The notes: generated by a model not told the origin, from the letters alone. A stretch of 64,000 nucleotides of DNA from an uncultured Gemmatimonadales bacterium (GCA_963851265.1 CAWKNZ010000003.1:64001-128000), one strand, 5' to 3'; shown: positions 39,023 through 48,522, numbered from the stretch's first letter. Made by a program: numbers and translations.

Positions 39023-39682
39023 TCAGAGAGCCGACTGCCCGTCGCCGTTGTCGAGGGACCGCCAGAGATACCACGCGGCCACCGTGCGCCACGGCGCCCA
39101 CCGCTCCGCAAGCACCGCCACTTCGGCCGGCCTCGGTAGCGACGAGCGGCCGTAAGCGAGTTGTATGCCCTTCTGTATGCCGAGGTCCAGCTCCGGCATC
39201 ACGTCCGGCCGACCGAGCCGGAACATGAGAAAGATCTGCGCGGTCCACCGGCCTACGCCCTTCACGCGAGTCAGCGCGGCGATGATTGCCGCGTCGTCCA
39301 ACGTGTGGATCGCATCGAGCGGGACGTCGCCCGCCGCGACGCGCGCGGCGAGGTCTCGCAGGTAGGCGACCTTCTGCCGCGAGAGCCCCGCACCACGCAA
39401 CGCCTCGTCGGTCGTCTTAAGGAGTTCGACCGGCTCCGGGGCGCGCCCGCCGTAGAGTGCATGAAATCGGCCGTGAATCGTGCCCGCCGCCTTGCCCGAT
39501 AGCTGCTGGTACACGATCGCGCGCGCGACCGCCTCGAAGTGCGTGCCGTCGGCCCGCGGCGTGAACCGACAGGGTCCGACGCGGGCGATCACGGCGGCGA
39601 GCCGCGGATCTACGCGCTTGAGATGCGCGACGCCGCGCCGGTAGTCGCGCGCGGCGCCGGCCGACGGCGATGGGTCCGACAC
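39023..39682 (-). CDS. DNA-3-methyladenine glycosylase (AlkA family)
   Basis: IVYQQLS, GLSRQK, VKGVGRWTA (HhH), PELDLG, WAPWRT. Confidence 0.92.
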   Translation of the reverse strand: MSDPSPSAGAARDYRRGVAHLKRVDPRLAAVIARVGPCRFTPRADGTHFEAVARAIVYQQLSGKAAGTIHGRFHALYGGRAPEPVELLKTTDEALRGAGLSRQKVAYLRDLAARVAAGDVPLDAIHTLDDAAIIAALTRVKGVGRWTAQIFLMFRLGRPDVMPELDLGIQKGIQLAYGRSSLPRPAEVAVLAERWAPWRTVAAWYLWRSLDNGDGQSAL

Positions 39683-39715
39683 GGCGCGTCAGCCGCTCGG
39701 CGTCGGCACCGCGCG

Positions 39716-40171
39716 TTACGAGTGCCCGTGGTCGTGCTTCGACCGGTTCCCGCCACCTTCGCCCGTGTTCTTGACCGTCGCACCATGACCCGATCGCTCC
39801 GACGCGTCGTGCCCCTGCAACATCGACTCGTCGTGCCCGTGACGCTCGGCGTCGCTGTTCCGCCGATTCTGCTCCGAATCCGCTTCGGCTTCGTCGTGCT
39901 GGATCCGGTTCTCGAACAGCCGATGGCGGCCGTCGTTCTCGAACTCGGGATTCGCGATCATGCGGTCGTGCTGCTCGGCGTCGTGACTCCCCTTACCTCC
40001 GCGGTTCGGGTCGTTCGCTTCACGCTGCGAGTGCGTTTCGAGCCGCCGCCCGTCGTTGTTGATGCCGGCCTTGATCGCCGACCGCGTCTTCGCGCCGTGC
40101 TGGCCTTCCGCCTGCTCTTGCGCGCCCTTCTGGTCTCCGCGCGTGTCGTCGCTGTGCTTGGGCTTGCCCAT
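39716..40171 (-). CDS. small highly hydrophilic hypothetical protein
   Basis: ATG at 40171 with GAGGAGG RBS; rich in H/D/E/R/G/N/Q with almost no hydrophobic core. Confidence 0.75.
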   Translation of the reverse strand: MGKPKHSDDTRGDQKGAQEQAEGQHGAKTRSAIKAGINNDGRRLETHSQREANDPNRGGKGSHDAEQHDRMIANPEFENDGRHRLFENRIQHDEAEADSEQNRRNSDAERHGHDESMLQGHDASERSGHGATVKNTGEGGGNRSKHDHGHS

Positions 40172-40209
40172 GGTCCGTGCCTCCTCGTGTTCGGGGAAGG
40201 CCGGGGTTG

Positions 40210-40224
40210 GCAACGCGCGTGCCC
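40210..40224 (-). promoter_or_regulatory. putative sigma54 (-24/-12) promoter
   Basis: Minus strand reads GGGCACG-CGCG-TTGC, matching TGGCACG-N4-TTGC, ~39 nt upstream of the hydrophilic gene. Confidence 0.6.
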
Positions 40225-40228
40225 GCGG

Positions 40229-41350
40229 TCAGATCGCGGCCAACTTCCCCGCCGGGGCCGGCAACATCCGCCGCATCACGACCTCGGCGACGTGCCCCAG
40301 ATCGACGATCTCCACCGCCGCCCCGAGCCGCGCCGCTTCGCGCGGCATCCCGTACACCACGCAACTCGCCTCGTCCTGCGCCACCGTGTGCGCGCCCGCC
40401 TCCCGCATCGCGAGTAGCCCCTTCGCGCCGTCCGCACCCATGCCGGTGAGCAGCACACCCACCGCGTTGCGGCCGACGTGGCGAGCCGTGCTCTGGAACA
40501 GCACGTCGACCGCGGGCCGCTGGTGATGCACGGGCGGGCCGTCCTTGACCCGCGCCACGTACCGCGCTCGGCTACCGGCCCCCGCCGGCTGGACGACCAT
40601 GTGCTGGTTCCCGGGCGCGATCAGCGCGACACCGGGTACGACCGCATCGCCGTCCCGCGCCTCGCGCACCTGCATCGCGCAGAGCCCGTCGAGTCGCGCC
40701 GCGAAGGCGGCCGTGAAGTGCTCGGGCATGTGCTGGACGATGACCGTGCCGGGCGCGTTCGCGGGAAGCGCGCGCAGCAGCCGCTCGATCGCCTGCGTCC
40801 CCCCGGTCGACGCTCCGACGGCGAGCACCGCGTGCGCCGCGTCGAGCGGCGTCGGGTCGACAACCGAGCCGCGCGGAACCGGCCCGGCAGGTGCGACGCG
40901 CGCCGGCGCGCGCCGGACGCGCGCACCCGCGGCCGCGTGCACGGCGCGCGCGACGTCGGTCGCGACCCCGCGCGCCACGAATGCCGACGCCGGCTTGGCG
41001 ATCACCTCCACGGCGCCTAACGCAAGCGCGTGGACCGCCGTCGCGCTGTCGCGCGGCGTGAGCGAACTCACCACCACGACCGGCAGCGGGTGGTGCCGCA
41101 TCAGCTGTGCGAGAAAGCTCAGCCCGTCCATCCGTGGCATCTCGACGTCGAGCGTCAGGACGTCGGGACGCAGCCGCGCGATCTGCTCGCGCGCGTCGTA
41201 CGGGTCCGCCGCGGTTCCCACCACGACCAACTCGGGGTGTCGCGCCAGCTCGTCGCACAGGATCCGCCGGACGAGCGCGGAGTCGTCGACCACCAGCACG
41301 CGGACGCGACGCTCCGGCGCGAGGGGACGGGCAGCAGTAGCGTGAGTCAT
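40229..41350 (-). CDS. cheB: chemotaxis methylesterase CheB
   Basis: Receiver VVDDS...LDVEMP; GASTGG, VQHMP, RPAVDVLF, LTGMGADG, VVYGMP. Confidence 0.97.
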   Translation of the reverse strand: MTHATAARPLAPERRVRVLVVDDSALVRRILCDELARHPELVVVGTAADPYDAREQIARLRPDVLTLDVEMPRMDGLSFLAQLMRHHPLPVVVVSSLTPRDSATAVHALALGAVEVIAKPASAFVARGVATDVARAVHAAAGARVRRAPARVAPAGPVPRGSVVDPTPLDAAHAVLAVGASTGGTQAIERLLRALPANAPGTVIVQHMPEHFTAAFAARLDGLCAMQVREARDGDAVVPGVALIAPGNQHMVVQPAGAGSRARYVARVKDGPPVHHQRPAVDVLFQSTARHVGRNAVGVLLTGMGADGAKGLLAMREAGAHTVAQDEASCVVYGMPREAARLGAAVEIVDLGHVAEVVMRRMLPAPAGKLAAI

Positions 41351-41381
41351 CGGCCGTTGGTCTGTCGGTCGCCGGCGCGCG

Positions 41382-41915
41382 TCACAGGCACGCGTCGCGG
41401 CCGCTCGCGCGGACCGTCAACACGCCGCTGTCGACGTCGAGTACCACGGTGCGCGGGCGGCCATACCCTCCCACGTCCTCCGCGGCGACCGGGATCCCGT
41501 TCCGCTCCAGTATTCGCCGGACGGCCGCGAGGTTGCGCTGCCCGATCTGAAACTGGTCGTCCTCCGCGCGCGCGGCCGAGCGCGCGCCCCCCACCACCTT
41601 GACGACGAGCCGCTCCTTGCGCGCACCGAGACGATAACTCGTCCGGAAGAGCAGCGGCACGCCCGTGTCGACGAACATGGCGGGCGTGCGCCCGGCCTTC
41701 ACCTCGTCAATCGCAGAGTCCGGCAGCATGACGTGCAGCAGGCCGCCGACGCGCGCCACCGGATCGTGGATCACGACGCCCAAGCAACTGCCCAACGCGT
41801 ACGTGACGATGCGCGCACCCGGCTCGGCGGTCACGCACATGTCTCCGACGCCCACCACGACCGCGCCCGCGCCAACCGACGCCAGCCCCGGTGCGTACTC
41901 GGTGACGGTCCTCAC
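41382..41915 (-). CDS. cheD: chemoreceptor glutamine deamidase CheD
   Basis: TYALGSCLGV, GGLLHVMLP, FQIGQRN, EDVGG; GTGA overlap with the cheR stop. Confidence 0.93.
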   Translation of the reverse strand: MRTVTEYAPGLASVGAGAVVVGVGDMCVTAEPGARIVTYALGSCLGVVIHDPVARVGGLLHVMLPDSAIDEVKAGRTPAMFVDTGVPLLFRTSYRLGARKERLVVKVVGGARSAARAEDDQFQIGQRNLAAVRRILERNGIPVAAEDVGGYGRPRTVVLDVDSGVLTVRASGRDACL

Positions 41916-42781
41916 CTGCGGTATACCGCTGGACGCACGTACGTGAACTCGTGCGCCAGCGCGGTGAGGCTCTCCGAGTGCCCGACGAACAGGTACCCGC
42001 CAGGCGCGAGCAGGGCGTGGAACCGCGCCACGAGCGCTTCCTGGGTCGGCTTGTCGAAGTAGATCATGACGTTCCGGCAGAAAATCATCTGGAACGGCCC
42101 GCGCATCGGCCACGGCCCGAGCAGGTTCAGCCCGGCGAAGCGGACCTGCGAGCGGAGCGAGGGCCCGACGGTCCAATCGCCGTCGGCCTCGCGCGTGAAA
42201 TACCGGCGGCGTAGCGCGTCGGGCACGTCGGCCGTCTGCGCGTCCGTGTACGTCCCGCGGATGGCATGCTCTAGCACGCGGCGCGACAGGTCGGTCGCGA
42301 GCACGCGCGCGCCCTCGGGCGTTCCGTTGCCCGCGAGCGTCTCCCGCAGCACCATGGCGATCGTGTACGGCTCCTCCCCCGACGAACACCCCGCGCTCCA
42401 CACCCGGATGGGCGAGCCCGCTCCGGCGAACGCGGGGATGACGGTGTCGCGCAGCAGGTCGAAATGCGCTGATTCCCGGAAGAAGCTCGTCTTGTTCGTC
42501 GTCAACAGGTCGATCATCTCGGCCCGCTCGCGCCCGCTCGCGTCGTCGCGCACGCGCGTCAGATACGCGTCGAACGACGGCACACCGAGTTGCCGCAGGC
42601 GCCGAGAGAGCCGCGACTGCACGAGCCCTTCCTTACCCGGGGGCAGCTGGATGCCCGCGATGCTCGCGACCGTCCGGCTGATTTCGGCGAACTGCGCCGG
42701 ACGGAGTTCCGCGTCGTAAGACGCGCCGAACGGATCGCTCGCCGGTGCGGTCGCGGCAGCGCCGCGTGTGGAGGTCGACAT
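41912..42781 (-). CDS. cheR: chemotaxis methyltransferase CheR
   Basis: LTTNKTSFFRE, WSAGCSSGEEPY, IFCRNVMIYF, GHSESL. Confidence 0.97.
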   Translation of the reverse strand: MSTSTRGAAATAPASDPFGASYDAELRPAQFAEISRTVASIAGIQLPPGKEGLVQSRLSRRLRQLGVPSFDAYLTRVRDDASGRERAEMIDLLTTNKTSFFRESAHFDLLRDTVIPAFAGAGSPIRVWSAGCSSGEEPYTIAMVLRETLAGNGTPEGARVLATDLSRRVLEHAIRGTYTDAQTADVPDALRRRYFTREADGDWTVGPSLRSQVRFAGLNLLGPWPMRGPFQMIFCRNVMIYFDKPTQEALVARFHALLAPGGYLFVGHSESLTALAHEFTYVRPAVYRR

Positions 42782-42911
42782 CCGGGTCAGCAGCTCGCGA
42801 GAACGTCGACGTCACCGTCGAACGGCAGCGCGCCGAAACCGGCTGTCAGTCCGGTTCGCGTGCGCAGGGTGCGACGCACGGGCGACGTTGAGCGGAGACG
42901 AGGCACCCGCG

Positions 42912-43520
42912 TCAGATCCCGGCGTCTGCGATGATCGGCAGCTGCTCGACCTCGTCGGCCGCGAGCACCCGGTCCAAGTCGAGCAGCAGCCGCACGCGGC
43001 CACCCTCGTCGGTCGCCCTGCCGCGTTGCGCGTCAGCGCCCGCCGGCTTGGCGATCCCGAGCAGATAGTCCGTCCGCACCCCCGGACCGAAGCTCGGTGC
43101 GTCCTCGATGTCCCCCTCCGCGATCGGCGCGACCTCGCTCACGCGATCGACGACGATCCCCATCGACACGTGGTGCGCGCGCGCGCCCTCGTCCTCGGCG
43201 CGCAGCGCGACCTCGACGACGATGATGCAACGAAGGGCGGCCGCCGCGGCCGATCCGCGCTCGTCGGCAGTCGTCGTCTCGTCGGACGACGGCATGCCGA
43301 AACGCTCGCGCAGGTCCACGATCGGAATGACCTTCCCGCGCAGATTGATCACGCCCCGCATGAAGGGCGGCGTGCGCGGGACGCGCGTGATCGGCTGGAG
43401 GCCGATGATCTCCTGCACCTTCATGATCGCGACGCCGTACTCCTCGTCGGCGAGGAAGAAGGTGAGGTACTTGCCACCGCGCGCGGCGTCACGCGTGGTC
43501 GGAGCGATCGCGGTACTCAT
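42912..43520 (-). CDS. cheW: chemotaxis coupling protein CheW
   Basis: KYLTFFLADEEYG, VQEII, GVINLRGKVIPIVDLR, GIVVDRVSEV. Confidence 0.95.
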   Translation of the reverse strand: MSTAIAPTTRDAARGGKYLTFFLADEEYGVAIMKVQEIIGLQPITRVPRTPPFMRGVINLRGKVIPIVDLRERFGMPSSDETTTADERGSAAAAALRCIIVVEVALRAEDEGARAHHVSMGIVVDRVSEVAPIAEGDIEDAPSFGPGVRTDYLLGIAKPAGADAQRGRATDEGGRVRLLLDLDRVLAADEVEQLPIIADAGI

Positions 43521-43592
43521 TGCTAGGTCGGGATCAGAGGAAGGCGGAAGGGCGTGTGCGGCCGGCCGGTGTAGGGCCGCCGCCACCCGCAC

Positions 43593-43619
43593 GTATCGGC
43601 GGGTGCGAGATCGACTGCA
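43593..43619 (-). promoter_or_regulatory. possible internal sigma28 promoter upstream of cheW
   Basis: Minus strand TGCAGTCG-N11-GCCGATAC; good -10, weak -35. Confidence 0.4.
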
Positions 43620-43651
43620 TTGCGGCCGCGTGGCTCCGGCCGCCACCGGGA

Positions 43652-45883
43652 TCACGCGGCGTGGCGGGCGCCCCGCAGAGGGCCGGATTCGTCCAGCGCT
43701 TCGCCGCGTTCGGCGAGCGCAACCACCTCGGCTACGTCCAGGATGAGTCCCACGCGCCCGTCGCCGAGAATCGCACCGCCCGCGACGCCCGCGACCCGAC
43801 CGACGCCGCTGCCTAACGACTTGGCGACGACCTGCTGTTGACTCAACAGCTCGTCGACGAGGAGCGCGGACCGTCGCTGCCGCCCGTCGCCGACGATGAC
43901 GAGCAGGGCGCGTGCGGGGTCGAGTTCGGCGCCGTCGATCTGGAACAGGCGGTGCAGGCGGACGACCGGAAGCACCTCGCCACGGAGCGTGACCACCTCT
44001 CCCCGTCCGCCAATCGTCCGGATCGCGTCGGGCGACGGGCGGAAACTCATGTGGATGTTCGTGGTCGGGACGACGTAGCGCTCGGTACCGACACGCACGA
44101 GCATGCCGTCCGTCACCGCGAGCGTGAGCGGCAGGCGTACGGTGAACGTGCTGCCCATCCCGGCCCGGGAGGTGATCTCGACGCGACCGCGCGCGCGCTC
44201 GACGTTCCGGCGCACGACGTCCATCCCGACGCCGCGGCCCGAAAGGTCGGTCACCTGGTCGACCGTCGAGAACCCGGGCGCGAAGATGAGCTGGTACACG
44301 TCCGCGTCGCTCATCCCGTGCTCGCTCGCGATGATCCCCTTCTCGATCGCCTTGCGGACGATGCGCTCGCGGTTGAGCCCGCGCCCGTCGTCGACCAGTT
44401 CGACGACGACGCTCCCGCCCGAGTGGAACGCGGAAAGCCGGACCGTGCCGTGACGCGGCTTGCCGGCCGCGACGCGCTCGTCGGCCGGTTCGATGCCGTG
44501 GTCGATCGCGTTGCGCACCATGTGCACGAGCGGGTCGCCGATCACGCCGACGAGGGCGCGGTCGATCTCCGTGTCGTCTCCCTCGGTGACGAACTCGACC
44601 TCCTTGCTGACCTTCGCCGACACGTCGCGCACGAGCCGCGTCATCTTCTGGAACGTCGCCTTGAGCGGCACCATGCGCATGCCCATCGACAGCTCCTGCA
44701 ACTCGCGCACGATCTTGCCAGCGTGTCCGAGCTTCTTGGTCAGGGTCGCGAGTGCCTGGTGCGTCTCTCCGGTCTCGGCGAGGGCGTCGTCGCCGGCGAT
44801 CATCGCCTGCGCGATCACGAGCTCGCCGACGAGGTCGACCAGTCGGTCGAGGCGGTCGGTGCGGACGCGGAGGAACTGATCCGCGTCGCCAGCGCCCGAC
44901 GCCTGCCGACGATCGGCACCCTGCCGCCGGTCCTCCTGTCGGCGCTCCTCGTGACGCCGCTCCTCGGAGCGGCGCTCGGTACCGGTCTGCGTGGCCGCGT
45001 CGGCAGTCGCCGCGGGTGGCGGCGCCGGGACGTCCGCACGTACCGTGGCGACGGCGGGCGCGTCGACCGGCGCCGCCGTGGGGTCGTACGCCGCGAGGGC
45101 TCCGGCGAGGGTCGCGTACTCGCCGGGCACGAAGATCGTGCCGCCCGGGCCGTGCGCTCGCAGCGTGTCGTCGATCGCGTCGAGCAGCGCCTTGAGCATG
45201 TCGACGGAGCGGAGCGCGAGTTCGGCGCACGCCGTGGTGTATGCGATCTCTCCGGCACGCACGCGGGCGAGCAGCGACTCCGCCTCGTGCGCGAAAGCGC
45301 TCATCCGGACGAGGCCGAGGAACGCGCTCGTGCCCTTGATCGTGTGAAACGCCCGGAACACGGTATTGATCGCCTCGCCGTCGTCGGGCGCATGCTCGAG
45401 AGCGAGGAGGGCGGCCTCGCTCCCCCCGAGGCAGTCGCGGCTCTCGGCGAGGAAGTCCGCGAGCAGGTCGAGGTCGACGTCGGTGGGCAGCACCTCGGGC
45501 GCGGCCGCGGCGCTCGCCGGCTCGGCGGTCGCCGGCTCGGCGGGGCGCGCTTCAACCGTCGGCGTGATCGTCACAGGCGCCACCGATGGCGCGGTCGCGG
45601 CGGGCGCCGGGGCGGCGACTCCGGACGCCGGCGCCCCGGCCATCACCTGCTCCAGCAGCGCTCCGACCTCCGCCAGCACTGCGGCGGGGTCCGGGGCCTT
45701 TCCTTCGACGAGTGGCTTCAAGGTGCGCACCGCGCGCGCCAGAAGTGGTTGTACGCTAATCGCGACCTTGTTTCCGAACGCCAGATCGGCGAGTTGGTCG
45801 CGCACGCGCCCAAGGTCGTCGCGATCCTCCGGTTCGAGTTGGAGGAAGTACGTTGCGACGTCGTCGAGGGTAGGCTCGGGCAT
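43652..45883 (-). CDS. cheA: chemotaxis histidine kinase CheA
   Basis: Hpt FRAFHTIKG, dimerisation LDRLVDLVGELVI, HMVRNAIDHGIE, DDGRG, FAPGFST, SGRGVGMDVV, C-terminal CheW domain. Confidence 0.97.
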   Translation of the reverse strand: MPEPTLDDVATYFLQLEPEDRDDLGRVRDQLADLAFGNKVAISVQPLLARAVRTLKPLVEGKAPDPAAVLAEVGALLEQVMAGAPASGVAAPAPAATAPSVAPVTITPTVEARPAEPATAEPASAAAAPEVLPTDVDLDLLADFLAESRDCLGGSEAALLALEHAPDDGEAINTVFRAFHTIKGTSAFLGLVRMSAFAHEAESLLARVRAGEIAYTTACAELALRSVDMLKALLDAIDDTLRAHGPGGTIFVPGEYATLAGALAAYDPTAAPVDAPAVATVRADVPAPPPAATADAATQTGTERRSEERRHEERRQEDRRQGADRRQASGAGDADQFLRVRTDRLDRLVDLVGELVIAQAMIAGDDALAETGETHQALATLTKKLGHAGKIVRELQELSMGMRMVPLKATFQKMTRLVRDVSAKVSKEVEFVTEGDDTEIDRALVGVIGDPLVHMVRNAIDHGIEPADERVAAGKPRHGTVRLSAFHSGGSVVVELVDDGRGLNRERIVRKAIEKGIIASEHGMSDADVYQLIFAPGFSTVDQVTDLSGRGVGMDVVRRNVERARGRVEITSRAGMGSTFTVRLPLTLAVTDGMLVRVGTERYVVPTTNIHMSFRPSPDAIRTIGGRGEVVTLRGEVLPVVRLHRLFQIDGAELDPARALLVIVGDGRQRRSALLVDELLSQQQVVAKSLGSGVGRVAGVAGGAILGDGRVGLILDVAEVVALAERGEALDESGPLRGARHAA

Positions 45884-45925
45884 GGCGGGGGACGGGACCG
45901 AACGGGAACGAGTGCTGGACCCTGA

Positions 45926-46663
45926 CTACCGGCCAGCTGCGGCGGAGAAGAACGAGGACGAGCGGCTCTGGAGCGCCTGATCGAACGCGGCGAGCTCGAT
46001 CGTCAGGGCGGCGTGCAAGTCGGCCACGTCCTCGGGTGTGATGCGGCCCGACCAGAGGAAGTCGACCAGTTGCACGGTGCGGATGGCGCCGACGTTCAGC
46101 GCCGCACCGCGCATGCGGAGGACCTTCGCGGAGAGCTCTTCGCGGCCGTAGCCCTCGAGGGTCTCTCGCCCATCCTTCAGGCGCGCCAGCAACTGCACCA
46201 GCTCGCCGAGGTGATCGCGCGCGAGCGCGAGCAGCGGATGGAAGGTCCGGCTATCGACGCGCAACCGCTTCACCATGTCACGCCAGCTCTCCCAGCGCGC
46301 CGGCGCACGCTTGAGCGCCCGGTCGATGCGGCCGGCGAACGCGTCGACGTTGATCGGCTTCTTCACGAAATCCACGGCGCCGAGCGCGAGCGCGCGCTCG
46401 ACCGTCTTGGCGTCCGCGTTCGCCGTGCAGAACATGACCGGGATGTCCTGCAGGTACGGCTTCACGACGAGCCGCTCAACGAGGTCGAGGCCGTGGCCGT
46501 CAGGCAGCAGGAGGTCGGCGATGATCAGGTCGACCGGTTGGCGGTCCAGATGCTCGAGCGCCGCGTCGCCGTCGTGCGCCACCACGTGCGGACGGCGCAT
46601 CCGCTTGAGGAGCGCCGTCATGATGTGGCACGTGACGAGGTCGTCTTCGATGAGGAGAATCAC
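45926..46663 (-). CDS. response regulator with C-terminal Hpt-like helical domain
   Basis: Receiver LLIEDD...IIADLLLP...CTA...KKP; C-terminal VLRMRGAALNVGA resembles the Hpt HxLKGxAxxxGA motif. Confidence 0.85.
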   Translation of the reverse strand: MILLIEDDLVTCHIMTALLKRMRRPHVVAHDGDAALEHLDRQPVDLIIADLLLPDGHGLDLVERLVVKPYLQDIPVMFCTANADAKTVERALALGAVDFVKKPINVDAFAGRIDRALKRAPARWESWRDMVKRLRVDSRTFHPLLALARDHLGELVQLLARLKDGRETLEGYGREELSAKVLRMRGAALNVGAIRTVQLVDFLWSGRITPEDVADLHAALTIELAAFDQALQSRSSSFFSAAAGR

Positions 46664-46722
46664 GCCCCGGAGTGTCGACGCAGTCTCCGCGGCGGTTGAG
46701 CACGGAGCTGGCGCCCTGTCGC

Positions 46723-47409
46723 TCAGGCAGGTGGCGGCTCGTCCAGTGGCACTCGGAGCGTGAATACACTCCCGAGCCGCGGCGTGCTCTCAACGGTCAG
46801 CTCACCGCCCATGCGCGAGGCGAGTTCCGCCGCGAGCACGAGGCCGATTCCGATGCCGCCTTGCTCACCGGAGGACGCCCATGCGCGGAACAGGTCCGCG
46901 CGCCGCGCATCGGTCATCCCCGAACCCGTGTCCGCGACCGCACACGCGAGCGTGCCATCCGCGTCGACGTCGGCGGTGATCCGGACTTCCCCGCGGCGCG
47001 TCGCACGCACGGCGTTCGCGCCCAGGTTGAGAACGACGCGCCGCAGCGCGCCGGCGTCGGCCCACACGGTGGCGGGCACGCGGTCGGCGACGTCGACCGT
47101 CAGCGCCAGACCGCGCCGGCGCGCACTCGGCGCGAGCGTCCGCGCGACGCCTGCAAGGGCGTCGCGTATGTCGCACGGACCGCACGCGACCGCGGCGTGC
47201 GCCATAGGGTCGCCGAGGCGCGCGAGTTCCAGCGCGTCGTCGGCGAACGCCGCGAGCGCGGCGGCCGCCTCCCGAAGTGCCGCGAGGTGCGTGCGCTGTT
47301 CGGCGTCGAGCGGCGTGGTCGCGAGCAGATCGGCGCACCCCAGGATGCCTCCCAGTGGGGTGCGCAATTCGTGCGCGACCGCCGCGAGCGGTGGGACGAC
47401 CGTGCGCAC
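46723..47409 (-). CDS. sensor-less histidine kinase (HisKA + HATPase)
   Basis: AHELRTPL, NLGANA, DTGSGM, GIGIGL; start uncertain (GTG at 47409 chosen). Confidence 0.85.
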   Translation of the reverse strand: MRTVVPPLAAVAHELRTPLGGILGCADLLATTPLDAEQRTHLAALREAAAALAAFADDALELARLGDPMAHAAVACGPCDIRDALAGVARTLAPSARRRGLALTVDVADRVPATVWADAGALRRVVLNLGANAVRATRRGEVRITADVDADGTLACAVADTGSGMTDARRADLFRAWASSGEQGGIGIGLVLAAELASRMGGELTVESTPRLGSVFTLRVPLDEPPPA

Positions 47410-47440
47410 GACGCCCGGCGCCTTCCCACCGCCCGCGTGT

Positions 47441-48136
47441 CTACCGAACGACGACGAAGACTTCGTCGGCAAGCGCCTGACGGCACTCGGCGTTGCGGGT
47501 CGTCGCGCCGGGGTCGAACGTGCGCGGGTCGGGGCCCTGCGCGCCCGCGCGGGCGCTCGCCGCGTGGGGGTCGAACAGCTTTGCGATGAGCATGAGGCGG
47601 TTCTCCATGTCGGTCAACACGCTCGCGGCGTACGTCAGCTGCTGCGTCGTGATGTCCTGGAACTGGAGCGCCCCCATCATCCCGAAGATCTCACTCCGGA
47701 GGTCGTCGCGTAGCTCCTGCGCACGTGCCTTGTCGTCCGCGTGATCGGCGGCTTCGAGCGCGTCGACCGTGTTCCCGGCGCGGTCGAGCGCGTCGAGGAT
47801 GTCGGTGGCTGCGACCTCGGTGGCCGACGTGACTTCGCGCAGCTTTTCGCTCGTGTGCTGGAGCTTCTGGACCGTCGCGGTTTCGAGCGCGTCGAGGGCC
47901 GCCCGGCTCTGGCGCAGGTTGGCGAGGACGGCGTGGATTTCGCCGTTCGCGCGTTCGAGAATGAACGGGAGCGCCGCGAGCGTCGACCCACCGCGCGCCG
48001 CATCCTGCAGCGGGTCGGACGGCGCGGGCGTCGCGCGGCGCGGCTCGCCGGTCATCGCGCGCACCTCGCCGTCCACCATACTCAGCGCCGTTTCCGTGTT
48101 GTAGAACAGCTCGTGCCGGCCGTCCATCCCCGTCAC
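47441..48136 (-). CDS. cheZ: CheZ-like phosphatase
   Basis: ATEVAATDILD...ALQFQDITTQQL (DxxxQ catalytic motif); translationally coupled to cheY. Confidence 0.75.
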   Translation of the reverse strand: MTGMDGRHELFYNTETALSMVDGEVRAMTGEPRRATPAPSDPLQDAARGGSTLAALPFILERANGEIHAVLANLRQSRAALDALETATVQKLQHTSEKLREVTSATEVAATDILDALDRAGNTVDALEAADHADDKARAQELRDDLRSEIFGMMGALQFQDITTQQLTYAASVLTDMENRLMLIAKLFDPHAASARAGAQGPDPRTFDPGATTRNAECRQALADEVFVVVR

Positions 48137-48507
48137 CCGCCGACCCCGGCCGAGACCGACACGAGCGCGTCGATCTTTTCCTTCAGGATCTGCGGCGTGA
48201 ACGGCTTGACGATGTAGTTGTTCACGCCAGCCTCCATCGCCTCGATAATGTCCTCACGCACCGACCGCGCCGTGACCATGAGGATGGGCACCTGCTCGCC
48301 GCGCTCGCGGAGCGCCTTCGCCAGCTCGGTGCCGGTCATGTTCGGCATGTTCCAGTCGGTGATGACGAAGCGCACCGACGCGTCGAACCGGTCGAGCGCC
48401 TCTTGTCCGTCGCCGGCCTCGACGGTGTCGGTAAAGCCGATACGCTGGAGGGAGTTGACGACGATGCGTCGCATCGTCGAAGAGTCGTCCACGACCAGGA
48501 ACTTCAT
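48133..48507 (-). CDS. cheY: chemotaxis response regulator CheY
   Basis: LVVDDSSTMRRI, TDWNMP, MVTA, YIVKPF. Confidence 0.95.
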   Translation of the reverse strand: MKFLVVDDSSTMRRIVVNSLQRIGFTDTVEAGDGQEALDRFDASVRFVITDWNMPNMTGTELAKALRERGEQVPILMVTARSVREDIIEAMEAGVNNYIVKPFTPQILKEKIDALVSVSAGVGG

Positions 48508-48522
48508 GTCGATCCTTTTCGG

